Assembly (NCBI RefSeq): GCF_006345805.1
Contig: NC_043023.1
Span: forward strand, 13,516,001-13,580,000
Source: Octopus sinensis
Taxonomy: Eukaryota
DNA length: 64,000 nt
Direction: 5' to 3'
Every line of letters starts with the position of its first letter. Within the stretch, counting starts at the first letter, position 1. Position numbers and translations under genes: made by a program. Under the pieces are notes generated by a model. That model had not been told where the DNA came from. It searched no databases and saw only the letters and a program-made list of their open reading frames with translations. Shown here piece by piece: positions 1-13,693 of the stretch.

Positions 1-159
1 GTGACATTTAGAAAAATGGATATTTTTTAATGAAATTTTCTCCAAATAATTTTCATATTGCATAAATTCCAATTATATACAAATTCTTTGTGGAAAAACA
101 TTTTCCAAGGTGGGTGAGAAGTTTTGGAAAATTCGCATGAATCCGATGTGTTCCCTCGT

Positions 160-905
160 GACATTAGAAACATTTTTTCACGCTAAGAGTTGCTGAAGCA
201 TAGAACAAACTGTCGGCATCAGTTGTTAGTTGTCGGAGCACTGCATCCTTCAAAACTTCCATGCTTCCTGAGATTCGCCAACACCACACCTGATCTTTCT
301 CCCCTCCATACACACACAAGCATCTATCTGACTCATACACTGTTCACTTCCCAGACATTTGTACATTACTGCAGATGCTTTATACACACTTTCTGACAAG
401 TTGTGGTACACCTGAGCACTGTATATAATACCCTCCATCAGGCATTTGCCATATTCTGAACACCTAACTTCCCTGGGTATGGGCACATTGAAACTCCGAC
501 GTCGGGCATCTGACTTGGCAGACACCCATAAAATTATTAACCATCTTACAAACAATAACTCTGAGCACCTTTTCAAACTCCACCCATCTAACACCCGTGG
601 ACATATTTACAAAGTTAGAAAACAGCACAGCTCCCATGACTTTCGGAAACATTTTTTTCACGCTGAGAGTTGCTGAAGCCTGGAACAAACTGCCGGCATC
701 AGTTGTTGGTTGTCGGAGCACTGCATCCTTCAAAACTTCCATGCTTCCTGAGATTCGCCAACACTGATCTTTCTCCCCTCCATACACACACAAGCATCTA
801 TCTGACTCATACACTGTTCACTTCCCAGGCAGATGCTTTATACGCAGTTTTTGACAAGTTGTGTGGCACCTGAGCACTGTATACAATAATTTCATTATTA
901 TTATT
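160..905 (+). mobile_element. Two 5'-truncated CR1-clade LINE 3' ends
   Basis: Translates to TSLGMGTLKLRRRASDL...TRGHIYKVRKQ...RKHFF, the ORF2 C-terminus pattern of CR1-type LINEs; ends in a (TTA)n tail. Confidence 0.75.
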
Positions 906-1044
906 ATCTTTAAGATCTCCAAGTTGTGTCAGTTGAGGGTTTTTACAATTAGCAAGGGATACAACTAAAGTATATTACACGAGTTACTTCCCTTACGCCG
1001 ACCATGAGAGAATTTATCGCTTTCTTTTAAAAATAATAATAATG

Positions 1045-1500
1045 AAATTATTGTATACAGTGCTCAGGTGCACCGCAACTTGTCAAAAGTGCATATAAAG
1101 CATCTGCAGTAATGTACAAATGTCTGGGAAGCGAACAGTGTATGAGTCAGATACATGTTTGTGTGTGTATGGAGGTGAGAAAATCAGGTGTAGTGATGGA
1201 GAATCTCAGGAAGCATGGAAGTTTTCAAGGATGCAGTGCTCCGACAACTAACAACTGATGCTGGCAGTTTGTTCCATGCTTCAGCAACTCTCAGCGTGAA
1301 AAAATGTTTCCTAAAGTCATGGGAGCTGTGCTGTTTTCTGACTTTGTAAAGATGTCCACGGGTGTTAGGTGTAGTTTTTAAATAATAATAATAATAATGA
1401 AATTATTGTATACAGTGCTCAGGTGCACCACAACTTGTTAGAAAGTGCGTATAAAGTATCTGCAGTAATGTACAAATGTCTGGGAAGTGAACAGTGTATG
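1045..1500 (-). mobile_element. CR1-clade 3' end fragments, minus strand
   Basis: Reverse complement of the 160-905 family with (AAT)n tails at the left. Confidence 0.7.
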
Positions 1501-1547
1501 AGGGTGGGGTAACACATCCCAGCCGAGCTGCAGCAATTTTTGTCTGG

Positions 1548-1650
1548 TTCCCAAAGCATCAAGTGCCAAAAATGAACTTTCTTATCTTCCATTTTAAAGG
1601 GTTACAGAATTAACACAGGTTATAGGAACATAAACCTTCTTCCACGAAAA
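1548..1650 (-). mobile_element. Mariner transposase 5' remnant
   Basis: Minus strand MEDKKVHFWHLMLWE, resembling mariner transposase N-termini; very short. Confidence 0.45.
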
Positions 1651-1794
1651 GATAGCTTAAACTGTGCTCTAAATGGAGGTGTAGTCAAATCCTATTTTAT
1701 GGACTCAACCATGTTCTAAAATAAGACGAAAGGTAAGCTACTATAAATCGGCATGAACTTTCAGAACAACCCAATATAATAATGATAATAATTA

Positions 1795-2290
1795 TAGTAA
1801 TGAAATTATTGTATACAGTGCTCAGGTGCACCACAACTTGTCAAAAGTGCATATAAAGCATCTGCAGTAATGTAGAAATGTCTGGGAAAGTGAACAGTGT
1901 ATGAGTCAGATAGATGCTTGCTTGTGTGTATGGAGGGGAGAAAGCTCAGGTGTGGTGTTGGCGAATCTCAGGAAGCATGGAAGTTTTGAAGGATGCAGTG
2001 ATCCGACAACCAACAACTGATGCCGACAGTTTGTTCCGTGCTTCAGCAACTCTCAGCATGGAAAAATGTTTCCGAAAGTCATGGAAGGAGCTGTGCTGTT
2101 TTCTAACTTTGTAAATATGTCCACGGGTGTTAGACAGGTGGAGTTTGAAACGGTGCTCAGAGTTATTGTTTGTAAGAGGGTTAATAATTTTATGGGTGTC
2201 TGCAAAGTCAGCTGCCAGACGTCGGAGTTTCAATGTGTCCATGCCCAGGGATGTAAGGCCTTGTTCTACATTTTCGGACCGAATGTATTT
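1795..2290 (-). mobile_element. CR1-clade LINE 3' end
   Basis: ORF 1946-2359 contains LTSLGMDTLKLRRLAADF...TRGHIYKVRKQH. Confidence 0.75.
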
Positions 2291-2589
2291 TGTTTTTATG
2301 CTGAACCGTGGGAATCTGCGGGATCGGATTAAGACCCATAGAGATCCATAACACTTCAAAGAATATGCAAGGGTTCAGGGCCGATTAAGACCCACGAAAG
2401 CCCTAAGCACTTTAAAAATGTTGGTGACCCAATATATATGTGACTCAAAATATAGACAATGATAAACGATAAAATAAATTTTTATTTTATTAAAGGAAGC
2501 AAAACAGTATGTATATATAGATGTGTATGTATGTGTGTGTGCATGTATATATTTATACATATATATAATTAAAAATATGACATCCTTAA

Positions 2590-2591
2590 GT

Positions 2592-2679
<88 letters not shown>

Positions 2680-2684
2680 CAGAC

Positions 2685-2750
<66 letters not shown>

Positions 2751-2782
2751 GTAGACATATAAATAGATAGGTAGACAGATAA

Positions 2783-2843
<61 letters not shown>

Positions 2844-2848
2844 CAGAC

Positions 2849-2919
<71 letters not shown>

Positions 2920-2958
2920 CAGATAAATAGATAGATAGATAGATAGGTAGACAGATAA

Positions 2959-3011
<53 letters not shown>

Positions 3012-3012
3012 C
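2590..3012. repeat. Compound microsatellite (TA)n/(TG)n/(TAGA)n
   Basis: Direct reading; source of the spurious YLSI ORFs. Confidence 0.97.
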
Positions 3013-3501
3013 ATTTATGAATTTGTGACTTATACAATAGGTTTCTTTCAGTTTCCATCTATGAAATCCACTCACAAGGGCTTTGTTTGGCCTGAGATTT
3101 ATAGTAGGAGACTCTTGCGCAAGGTGCCACGCAGCACTTCACACTCAAGGAGGAAGCTTCCTAAATACACACACACACAATTATATGTCGTTGGAAAACC
3201 ACTCATGACCTGTGTCACTGAAAAGAGCAAGCTGTCCTCTATGATCAACATCAGAGTACAAAGAGTGACAGGTCCACAAATGTCTATAAAACATCCGGAT
3301 ATGGTGAATATAATAATTTGATGGTAAATAAATCGATCTTTATCAAGCAGTTGTTCGGTTTTAAGACGTACTGTATGAAAACACACTGATTAAGGAAGTA
3401 AGTTTTACACCCATTGTATACCCAGGTACATGTATATAAACCATACATGTAAAGCGAAGGTGGGTGCTGAAAAGTTCATGACTTTATGGGGATGGATGAA
3501 A

Positions 3502-3816
3502 GCACTCCGTCGGTTACGACGATGAGGGTTCCACAGACACGTGTACCCTTAACGTAGTTCTCGGGGATATTCAGCGTGACACAGAGAGTGACAAGTCCGG
3601 CCCTTTGAGATACAGGTACAACAGAAACAGAAAGTAAGAGTGAGAGAAAGTTGTGGTGAAAGAGTACAGCAGGGATCACCACCATCCCCTGCCGGAGCCT
3701 CGTGGAGCTTTAGGTGTTTTCGCTCAATAAACACTCACAACGCCCGGTCTGGGAATCGAAACCGCGATCCTCCGACCGCGATTCCGCTGCCCTAACCACT
3801 GGGCCATTGCGCCTCC
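3502..3816 (-). mobile_element. tRNA-derived SINE, family D (head GGAGGCGCAATGGCCCAGTGGTTAGGG)
   Basis: A-box and B-box-like head (GGTTTCGATTCCC); related copies at about 5400-5730, 13960-14257 and 47820-48087. Confidence 0.75.
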
Positions 3817-3844
3817 ACAACTTTATGGGGGTATTGTAAAGGCT

Positions 3845-4390
3845 TCAAGGCGGCGAAATGCGTAGCCGTATTTCGTCTGACATTATGTTCTTGAGTTCAA
3901 GTTCCGCCGAGGTCGACTTTGCCTTTCATCCTTTCGGGGTCGATAAATTAAGTACCAGTTACGCACTGGAGTCGATGTAATCGACTTAATACCTATGTCT
4001 GTCCTTGTTTGTCCCCTCTGTGTTTAGCCGCTCGTGGGCAATAAAGGAACAGTTATGTTCTTGAGTTCAAGTTCCGCCGAGGTCGACTTTGCCTTTCATC
4101 CTTTCGGGGTCGATAAATTAAGTACCAGTTACGCACTGGAGTCGATGTAATCGACTTAATACCTATGTCTGTCCTTGTTTGTCCCCTCTATGTTTAGCCG
4201 CTCGTGGGCAATAAAGGAACAGTTATGTTCTTGAGTTCAAATTCCGCCGAGGTCGACTTTGCCTTTCATCCTTTCGGGGTCGATAAATTAAGTACCAGTT
4301 ACTCACTGGGGTCGATGTAATCGACTTAATACCTATGTCTGTCCTTGTTTGTCCCCTCTACGTTTAGCCCCTTGTGGGTAATAAAGAAAT
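3845..4390 (+). repeat. Tandem triplication (about 167 bp) of SINE family B body
   Basis: Three near-identical units containing GTCGACTTTGCCTTTCATCCTTTCGGGGTCGATAAATTAAGTACC. Confidence 0.85.
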
Positions 4391-4559
4391 TGGTATTGTA
4401 AAGGCCTGGTTGGTGTACCCAACCTTCTGAGTTATTTTTACAGGGCTGCTGCAATAAGTGGGTGAATCTGAGAGAGGAATATGTCTCGTTTCTCTGTTTT
4501 TTTCGTTGTTCGAAAAAAGTTCGTTTTCTATGTTTTTGTTTTTATGTTTCCAAGTGCGC

Positions 4560-5078
4560 CTTAATAAAAATCCTTCTATTTAAAACTGTATACAGCTATG
4601 GTACGACCACATTTGGAATTCGCATCATCTTGCTCAGAACATTGACCTCCTGGAATCTGTCCAGAGACGTGCAACCAAACGCATACCCTCCATCAGACAC
4701 CTACCATATTCTGAGCGCCTTGTTTCCCTGGGCATGGATTCACTGAAGCTCTGGCGTCTGGCGACGGACTTGGTAAACACCCACAAAGTTATCAACCACC
4801 TCACCAACAACAACACTGAACACCTTTTTTATCTCCATGTGTCTAACAACGTGGACATCCTACAAAGTCAGAAAACAACACAGCTCCCATGACTTTCGGA
4901 AACATTTCTTCACGCTCGGAGTTCCTGAAGCATGGAATAACTGCCTGCGTCAGTTGTTGACTGCCATGACACTGCATCCTTTAAGGCCCTCATGCTTCCC
5001 GAAATCCGCCGAAACTACACCTGATTATATATACACTTTAGATGAGTTGGTGCACCTGAGCACTGTACACAATTATTA

Positions 5079-5163
<85 letters not shown>

Positions 5164-5165
5164 TA
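4560..5165 (+). mobile_element. CR1-clade LINE 3' fragment with long (TTA)n tail
   Basis: LYTAMVRPHLEFAS...IDLLESVQRRATKRIPSIRHLPYSERLVSLGMDSL motifs. Confidence 0.8.
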
Positions 5166-6062
5166 TTATATATGGCACCAGCCCCAGTGCTTTGTAATTG
5201 TCACCAGCACCAATGCATTTTACATGGTATCTTGGTTTCAGGATATCAAATCTTTTGCCGAGAGCAGGTCTTCTCATGTACAGGAAAGTGCCACATGGTC
5301 GTCAGTCGTCAGCCGTATCCTACATAAGACCCAACATTCTGGGAGTGGCCTTCAAATACTTCAGCCCATGTCCTTCCTGGAACCCTTCAACAACTTCCCT
5401 CCACTTTCAGTGATCGGCCCTTCTTTATGCAAGTGGCTGAACACTCCACAGACACGTGTACCCTTAACGTAGTTCTCAGGGAGATTCAGCATGACACAGA
5501 GTGTGACAAGGCCGGCCCTTTGAAATAAAGGTACAACAGAAACAAGAAGAAAGAGTGAGAGAAAATTGTAGTGAAAGTGTACTGGAGGGTCCACCACCAA
5601 CCCTTGCCGGAGCCTCGTGGAGCTTTTGGTGTTTTTGCTCAATAAACACACACAACGCCAGGTCTGAGAATCGAAACCGTGATCCTACAACTACGAGTCC
5701 GCTGCCCTAATCACTGGGCCATTGCACCATCACAAAACAAGCACTCCATCAGTTACGATGATGAGGGCCCCAGCTTGTTCATGAAATTAAGATGCAAGTG
5801 GCTGAGTACACCACAGACATGTGTACCCTTAACGTAGTTCTCAGGGAGATTCGGCGTGATACAGAGTGCAACAAGGCTGGCCCTTTGAAATATAGGTCCT
5901 ACTCATGTTTGCCAGCTGAGTGGACGAGAGCAATGTGAAATAAAGTGTCTTGATCAAGGACACAACACCTCACCTGGAATTGAACTCACGACGTTACGAT
6001 CGTGGGTGAATGCCCCTAACTGCCAAGCCATGCACCTTCACACTGCATATAATTCCCTATAT

Positions 6063-6425
6063 AGGCGCAGGCGTGGCTGTGTGGTAAGTAGCTTGCTTAC
6101 CAACCACATGGTTCCAGGTTCAGTCCCACTGCGTGGATTCTTGGGCAAGTGTCTTCTACTATGGCCTCGGGCCGACCAAAGCCTTGTGAGTGGATTTGGT
6201 AGACGGAAACTGAAAAGAAGCCCATCGTACATGTGTGTGTGTGTGTTTGTCCCTCCACCATCGCTTGACAACCGATGCTGGTGTGTTTACGTCCCCGTAA
6301 CTCAGCGGTTCGGCAAAATTGAGTGATAGAATAAGTACTGGGCTAACAAAGAATGAGTCCTGGGGTTGATTTGTTTGACTAAAGGCGGTGCTCCAGTATG
6401 GTCGCAGTCAAATGATCGAAACGAA
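6063..6425 (+). mobile_element. tRNA-derived SINE, family A (head AGGCGCAGGAGTGGCTGTGTGGTAAG; internal TA/TG tract; tail AAACAAGTAAAAGAGTA)
   Basis: A/B-box-like motifs (TGGCTGTGTGG; GGTTCAGTCCC); more than 15 copies in the window on both strands. Confidence 0.85.
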
Positions 6426-6486
6426 TAGCTTCTGTGTCTCCTTCAACTACACAATCTCGCTGTCCGGCCTTAAATAAGAACGTACA

Positions 6487-7484
<998 letters not shown>

Positions 7485-7619
7485 GGTCAAGATATAGATA
7501 ATGCTGCGAGCTGGCAGAAACTTTAGCACGCCGGGCGAAATGCGTAGTCGTATTTCGTCTGCCTTTACGTTCTCTGTTCAACTTTGCCTTTCATCCTTTC
7601 GGGGTCGATAAATTAAGTA

Positions 7620-8890
7620 CCTATTTCTTTACTACTCACAAGGGGCTAAACACAGAGAGGACAAACAAGGACAGACTCACGGATTAAGTCGATTATATCG
7701 ACCCCAGTGCGTAACTGGTACTTATTTAATCGACTCCCAAAGGATGAAAGGCAAAGTCGACCTCGGCGGAATTTGAACTCAGAACATAGAAGTAGAAGAA
7801 ATATCTATTTCTTTACTACCCACAAGGGGCTAAACACAGAGGGGGCGAACAAGGACAGACATAGGTATTAAGTCGATTACATCGACCTCAGTGCGTAACT
7901 GGTACTTATTTAATTGACCCCCAAAGGATGAAAGGCAAAGTCGACCTCGGCGGAATTTGAACTCAGAACATAGAAGTAGAAGAAATATATATTTCTTTAC
8001 TACCCACAAGGGGCTAAACACAGAGGGGACAAACAAGGACAGACTCACGGATTAAGTCGATTATATCGACCCCAGTGCGTAACTGGTACTTATTTAATCG
8101 ACTCCCAAAGGATGAAAGGCAAAGTCGACCTCGGCGGAATTTGAACTCAGAACATAGAAGTAGAAGAAATATCTATTTCTTTACTACCCACAAGGGGCTA
8201 AGCACAGAGGGGACGAACAAGGACAGACATAGGTATTAAGTCGATTACATCGACCCCAGTGCGTAACTGGTACTTATTTAATCGACCCGAAAGGATGAAA
8301 GGCAAAGTCGACCTCGGCGGAATTTGAACTCAGAACATAGAAGTAGAAGAAATATATATTTCTTACTACCACAAGGGGCTAAACAACAGAGGGGACAAAC
8401 AAGGACAGACTCACGGATTAAGTCGATTATATCGACCCCAGTGCGTAACTGGTACTTATTTAATCGACTCCCAAAGGATGATGAAGGCAAAGTCGACCTC
8501 GGCGGAATTTGAACTCAGAACATAGAAGTAGAAGAAATATCTATTTCTTTACTACCCACAAGGGGCTAAGCACAGAGGGGACGAACAAGGACAGACATAG
8601 GTATTAAGTCGATTACATCGACCCCAGTGCGTAACTGGTACTTATTTAATCGACCCCGAAAGGATGAAAGGCAAAGTCGACCTCGGCGGAATTTGAACTC
8701 AGAACATAGAAGTAGAAGAAATATCTATTTCTTTACTACCCACAAGGGGCTAAACACAGAGGGAACGAACAGGGACAGACTCACGGATTAAGTCGATTAC
8801 ATTGACCCCAGTGCGTAACTGGTACTTATTTAATCGACCCCCAAAGGATGAAAGGCAAAGTCAACCTCGGCGGAATTTGAACTCAGAACG
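7620..8890 (-). repeat. Tandem array of 7 units of about 182 bp from SINE family B, alternating A/B variants
   Basis: Units alternate CTCACGGATTAAG and CATAGGTATTAAG. Confidence 0.88.
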
Positions 8891-9462
8891 TAGCATTTCG
8901 CCCGGCGTGCTAACGTTTCTGCCAGCTCACCGCCTTACGTCGATAAATTAAGTACCAGTTATGCACTGAGGTCGAGGTAATCGACTTTAATCCGTTTGTC
9001 TGTCCTTGTTTGTCCCCTCTATGTTTAGCCCCTTGTGGGTAGTAAAGAAATATGTATTTGTCCCCCAACATTGCTTGACAACCGATGCTGGTGTGTTTAC
9101 GTCCCTGTAACGCAGCGGTTCGGAAAAGAGACCGATAGAAAAAGTGCTAGGCTTACAATGAATAGGTCCTGGAGATGATTTGCTCTCGACTAAAGATGAA
9201 ACAAATATATTTAGCCCCTTGTGGGTAATAGGGAAACAGATATAGATAATGCTAAAAAATGAGAAGGGACGGTCACAGCTGGACTGTCTCCATGCTGAGA
9301 TCTGTCGGCTCCGGTTTGACCTGGGTCAAAGTAGCGAGAGCCCATAAGGCTGTCACTAACAACGTCACCACCACACCACCACCACCATCAATAACAACCA
9401 CTCTATTGTCACCTTCACCGTCGCTATCACCACCACCACCACCACTACCACCAACATCACTG

Positions 9463-9495
<33 letters not shown>

Positions 9496-10659
9496 TACTG
9501 CTACTACTTTTTCCCGCCACCACCACCACCACTCATGAAGTGTGAATTTATTTTTTATATATCTACTGGGAGTGACTTGTGTTAAAATGTGTGTGTATAT
9601 ACATATCTATATACATATATATCTATATTATATGTATATGTATATATAATATATATATATATGTGTGTGTATAAATATTTTGCGTATATACACGTACATG
9701 TATGTGTGCGAGTGTTAGGATGTTTATATACACTATGTAAGTATATGCTGTGTATGTATATAGGATCTTTTCATTTTCAAGGCCTTATATATATATATTG
9801 TGTGTGTGTATATATATATATGTGATTGTGTGTGTGTATATATATATATGTGATTGTGTGTGTGGTTGCCTGTAAGTGTATATGTCACATATATACGTGT
9901 ATATATATGTGTGTGTGTTAGGGGGGGGGGGGCGCTGCCGTATTAAATTACTGTAAACATAGAACTATTATCTCTGTATATATCTATCTCACCGTGAGTG
10001 TGTATATATATATATGTGTGTTTGTATGTGTGCCTACGTATGTGTGTATGTATATTTGTATGTGTATGTGTATACGGATGTATGTATATTTGTATGTGTG
10101 CATGTATGTATGTTTGTATGTACGTACGTATGTATGTGTGTGTGTATGTATGTATGTATATTTGTATAAGTATGTGTATACGGATGTATGTATATTTGTA
10201 TGTGTATATGCATGTCTGTACGTATGTTTGTATGTATGTATGTATATTTGTATATGTATGTGTATACGAATGTATATACGTGTGTATGTGTGCCTGTATG
10301 TATGTATGTATGTATATACGTTTAGATAAAAGTATAAATTCACGTGTATATATTAATGTATGTGTACATATTTGTACGTGTACATGTACGTACGTATACA
10401 TGTGCTACATGAGTATATGTATCTATAAGCCCATGTTTACACCCATTTAATACCGGCAGCCCCCCCCCCCCTGCCAAACACACACACTCACATATATATA
10501 CGAGTGTGCGCGCGCGTGTGTCTTTATGTGCATGTTACTTCCACTTCTCACACACACACACACTCACACTCACACACACACACACACATCACACTAACAC
10601 ACACTCACTCACACTCACATTCCCACAAACAAAAGCAAACAAAAACAATCACACCCCCA

Positions 10660-10872
10660 CATTCGATCTGTGTTCGTCTGCTTCACCTATTTCTCGCATT
10701 TCCATTCATTTCACTTCGTTATCTTCATACAGTCACTTCCTCTCGCCGTTCTGGTAATTCTTCACTGAAATCCGAACCGATATCTCCAGCAACATCTTCG
10801 TAATCGCCGGCATTACGACAACGTCAACAACAAACAAATCTTCTTCGCCGCCATCTTCGACCACAAAACTTT
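10660..10872 (+). promoter_or_regulatory. Candidate promoter / non-coding first exon
   Basis: CpG-containing unique segment with ACTTCCT (ETS-type, 10735-10741), GCCGCCATCTT (YY1-type, 10847-10857) and a donor ttt|GTGAGT at 10873, about 1.1 kb upstream of the ATG exon. Start position is a guess. Confidence 0.45.
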
Positions 10873-10916
10873 GTGAGTGTTTGTGCGCGTGTGTGAGTCT
10901 CTCTCTCTATATATAA

Positions 10917-11305
10917 TAACAAAGGGTAAAATTAATTAATTAAGGAGTAATCAGTAATTTCACCATGTAGAATTCGGCATGAAAAAAGGACCATTTCACG
11001 GTAAACTTAAGTAATACTTAACAATTAGGGTTCAGCAAAGATTTGCTTTACCACATACCGAAGTTTAGAAACAGCAGCCAAAAAACCTTAGCTATTTCTT
11101 CTACTTTAAAAAGGGACTCCCAGAAAAACCAAAATACTTGAAAACAATCCACACAGGCAGAGAGGAACGGTAACGAAAATCAATCAATATCTGGTCACCC
11201 ATGGACCAATAAGCTAAGGTTTTTTGGTCACCAATAGCTAAGGTTTTTTGGCTGCTATTTCTAAATTTCGGTATGTGGTAAAGCAAATCTTTGCTGAACC
11301 TTAAT
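10917..11305 (-). mobile_element. Penelope-like terminal fragment with an inverted end
   Basis: Homologous to 38362-38625; about 75-bp inverted repeat (about 11026-11098 vs 11233-11305). Penelope assignment is inferred from the hammerhead in the sister copy. Confidence 0.5.
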
Positions 11306-11318
11306 TATTAAGTATATA

Positions 11319-11393
<75 letters not shown>

Positions 11394-11955
11394 AACACAT
11401 ATCTATGTGTGTGTGAGAGCGTATATATATACACATATATATATATAATTTATACAGTTATATATTTATACACACACTGATGCGTGTGTGAGTGTATAGA
11501 TGTGTTTGTGTGTGTATGCTGTTGCTGTTATTACCGATGCTGCAATGATCGAAGAGGCTTTCCAGGCGTGACCGTCTCGCTTTATTTTTTTTCTTATTAT
11601 CGGATATAACATCACCACAACAACAGCAACAACTACTACTACTACTACTACTACTACTACGAGTGCTGCTACTGCTGCCTATATTAAGGATCTCATCCGT
11701 AAGGTGTGTGAGAGGGAAAGTGGTGGTGGTGGTGGTGGGTGATTTGGTTGCTATTTCTAGCCGACCCCTTCGACCACTTAAAGCGACTTCCTTGCTCACT
11801 GCTCCTTCCTATATGTGAGCGCGCGAGCGAGAGAGAGAGAAAGAGTTTATACGTCCGAGCGGGCATTTCTGAGTATGTATGTGTTGAGTCTGTAAGCGTG
11901 TATATATATTTATATATGTATGTATGTGTATGTATGTATGTGAGTGGTACAGCTG

Positions 11956-12069
11956 ATGGCGGCGTCAAGGAGAATGTGGCCACCACCGCTGAAACAGCGA
12001 CGGCCCGACACCTATGTCAGTTCAGTTCAGATTCAGTTGTTGGTCAACACACCAGTGGCATTTCCTTTG
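11956..12069 (+). CDS. Probable first coding exon of the RRM + low-complexity gene (MAASRRMWPPPLKQRRPDTYVSSVQIQLLVNTPVAFPL)
   Basis: ATG at 11956 just after a CAG; 38 codons ending at a strong donor TTG|GTGAGT (phase 0); non-repetitive island between microsatellites; QIQLLVNTP resembles RRM beta1/RNP2. Phase does not match the next visible exon, so an extra exon is needed. Confidence 0.55.
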
Positions 12070-12479
12070 GTGAGTATATATATGTATATATATTTATTGA
12101 TATGTATGTATTTATGTATGTATGCATGTGTGTATATATATATATGCATGTATGTATGTATGTCTGTATGTGTGTATGTATGTATGTATATATATATATG
12201 TATGTTTGTGTGTATGTATGTATGTATGTATGTACATATGTATGTATGTGTGTATGTATGTATGTATGTGTGTATGTATGTATGTGTGTATGTATGTATG
12301 TATGTGTGTATAATAAATGGATGTCTATGTACGTATGTATGTATATGTGTATGTATATACATCTGTGTTTGTTTATATATAAATGTACATGCATATGTAT
12401 GCATGCTTGTATATATGTATGTATGTATGTATGTATATGTGAAAGTATGTATGTATGTGTGTATGTATGTATGTATATA

Positions 12480-12579
12480 NNNNNNNNNNNNNNNNNNNNN
12501 NNNNNNNNNNNNNNNNNNNNNNNNNNNNNNNNNNNNNNNNNNNNNNNNNNNNNNNNNNNNNNNNNNNNNNNNNNNNNNN
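12480..12579. other. Assembly gap (100 N)
   Basis: Run of exactly 100 N, a typical unknown-size placeholder, next to a TATG microsatellite. Confidence 0.98.
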
Positions 12580-12771
12580 GATTTTCTGAATTACTACTAT
12601 TTAGCGGTTTGAGTTTGACTGCTCTTTCTAGTGAGTCGAATGGCCTATCAGGGCCATTTCCTTAATATTGTTGAAATTATATATATAAATAAGTCTGTGA
12701 CTATTTTCTCTTTCTCACTGGGCCGCTCGTGGCGAAAAAAATTTCTATTGAATTTTTTGCTACCCTTATAT

Positions 12772-12799
<28 letters not shown>

Positions 12800-12812
<13 letters not shown>

Positions 12813-13010
12813 AAGTTAATCCAAACAAGAGAGCACAAAAAAACACAACAACGCGAGGACATGGAACAAATATAGTATTATTGGACGCTCAGGAAAGAAG
12901 GAGGGTTTAACGTTTCGAGCGGAGCTCTTAGTCGGAAACATAGGAGAAGGAAAGATCCAGAGAAGGGAAGACAGAGGGAAAAAAATCACCAACGGTACAC
13001 ACGCGGTCAC
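12800..13010 (-). mobile_element. Dispersed repeat carrying the minimal hammerhead-like motif (probable Penelope-type terminus)
   Basis: Reverse-complement match to 46345-46535 over about 200 bp. Confidence 0.6.
12905..12939 (-). ncRNA. Degenerate copy of the minimal hammerhead-like motif (G8 lost)
   Basis: Minus strand GTTT-CCGACTA-A-GAG-CTCCG-CTC-GAAA-CG-TT-AAAC; same element family as 46423-46457. Confidence 0.3.
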
Positions 13011-13164
13011 ATTTTGAAAGACCCAAATTCGTGACAGTGGCGCGTGAGAGGCGTGAAGCGGAGTCCCTTACTGAGGAGAGAGCGCTCGGCAGCGGAGAGG
13101 GGGAGGTTGGGGAGGGTATAGTGACAACAGTGCGATATATAATATATATATATATATATATATA

Positions 13165-13640
13165 ATCATCATCGTTTAATGTCCTTTTTCTATGCTAGCA
13201 TGGGTTGGACGGTTTGTCCGGGGTCTGGGAAGCCAGGAGGCTGCACCAGGTTGCAGTCTGATCTGGCAGTGTTTCTTCAGCTGGATGCCCTTCCTAATGC
13301 CAACCACTCTATGAGTGTAGTGGGTGCTTTTTATGTGCCACCGGCACAGGGGCCAGAGGAGGCTGGCAAACGGCCACGATCAGTTGGTGTTTTACATGTC
13401 ACCGACATGGACACCAGTCAGGAGTCACTGGCAACTTCCACGTTCAGACGGTGCTTTAAACGTGTCACCGGCACGGGTATCTTAACTACAATTTCCATTT
13501 GATTTTCATTTTTATGTTGGTGTTGACGTACTTGACTCAATAGGTCTCCTCAAGAACAGCCAGGTCACTCTACGATCCAAGTTTAGCACAGCAGGCCGTC
13601 CCGCGATCCATGAACTCACTTCATATGTCGGGTCTTCACA
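13165..13640 (-). mobile_element. SINE-like family C ending in GGACGTTAAACGATGATGATG
   Basis: Shared core GTTGGCGTTAGGAAGGGCATCCAGC and (GAT)n tail; copies also at about 14685-15065, 16320-17460, 24899-25575, 30340-30800, 33425-33730, 34160-34720, 36770-37990, 39120-39300 and 40040-40310. Confidence 0.8.
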
Positions 13641-13693
13641 GTCACAGCATATATATATATATAATATATATATATATACACACATATGTATAT

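Noticed and set aside
3740-3816. tRNA genes at SINE heads (also 6063, 13694, 14180, 48020)
   Set aside because: Only A/B-box remnants continuing into SINE bodies; no complete cloverleaf.
9273-9500. Minus-strand open frame ending VKPEPTDLSMETVQL* (SUMO and PxDLS-like motifs)
   Set aside because: No ATG before the motif and no credible splice acceptor; much of the frame is AGT/GGT microsatellite.
11458-11799. 113-aa minus-strand ORF (MSKEVALSG...)
   Set aside because: Built largely from ACT/CAA/GGT repeats; no domain or splice support.
12605-12630. Candidate for the missing phase 0-to-2 exon (tttag|...cta|gtgagt)
   Set aside because: Splicing to 28195 would create TA+G = stop.
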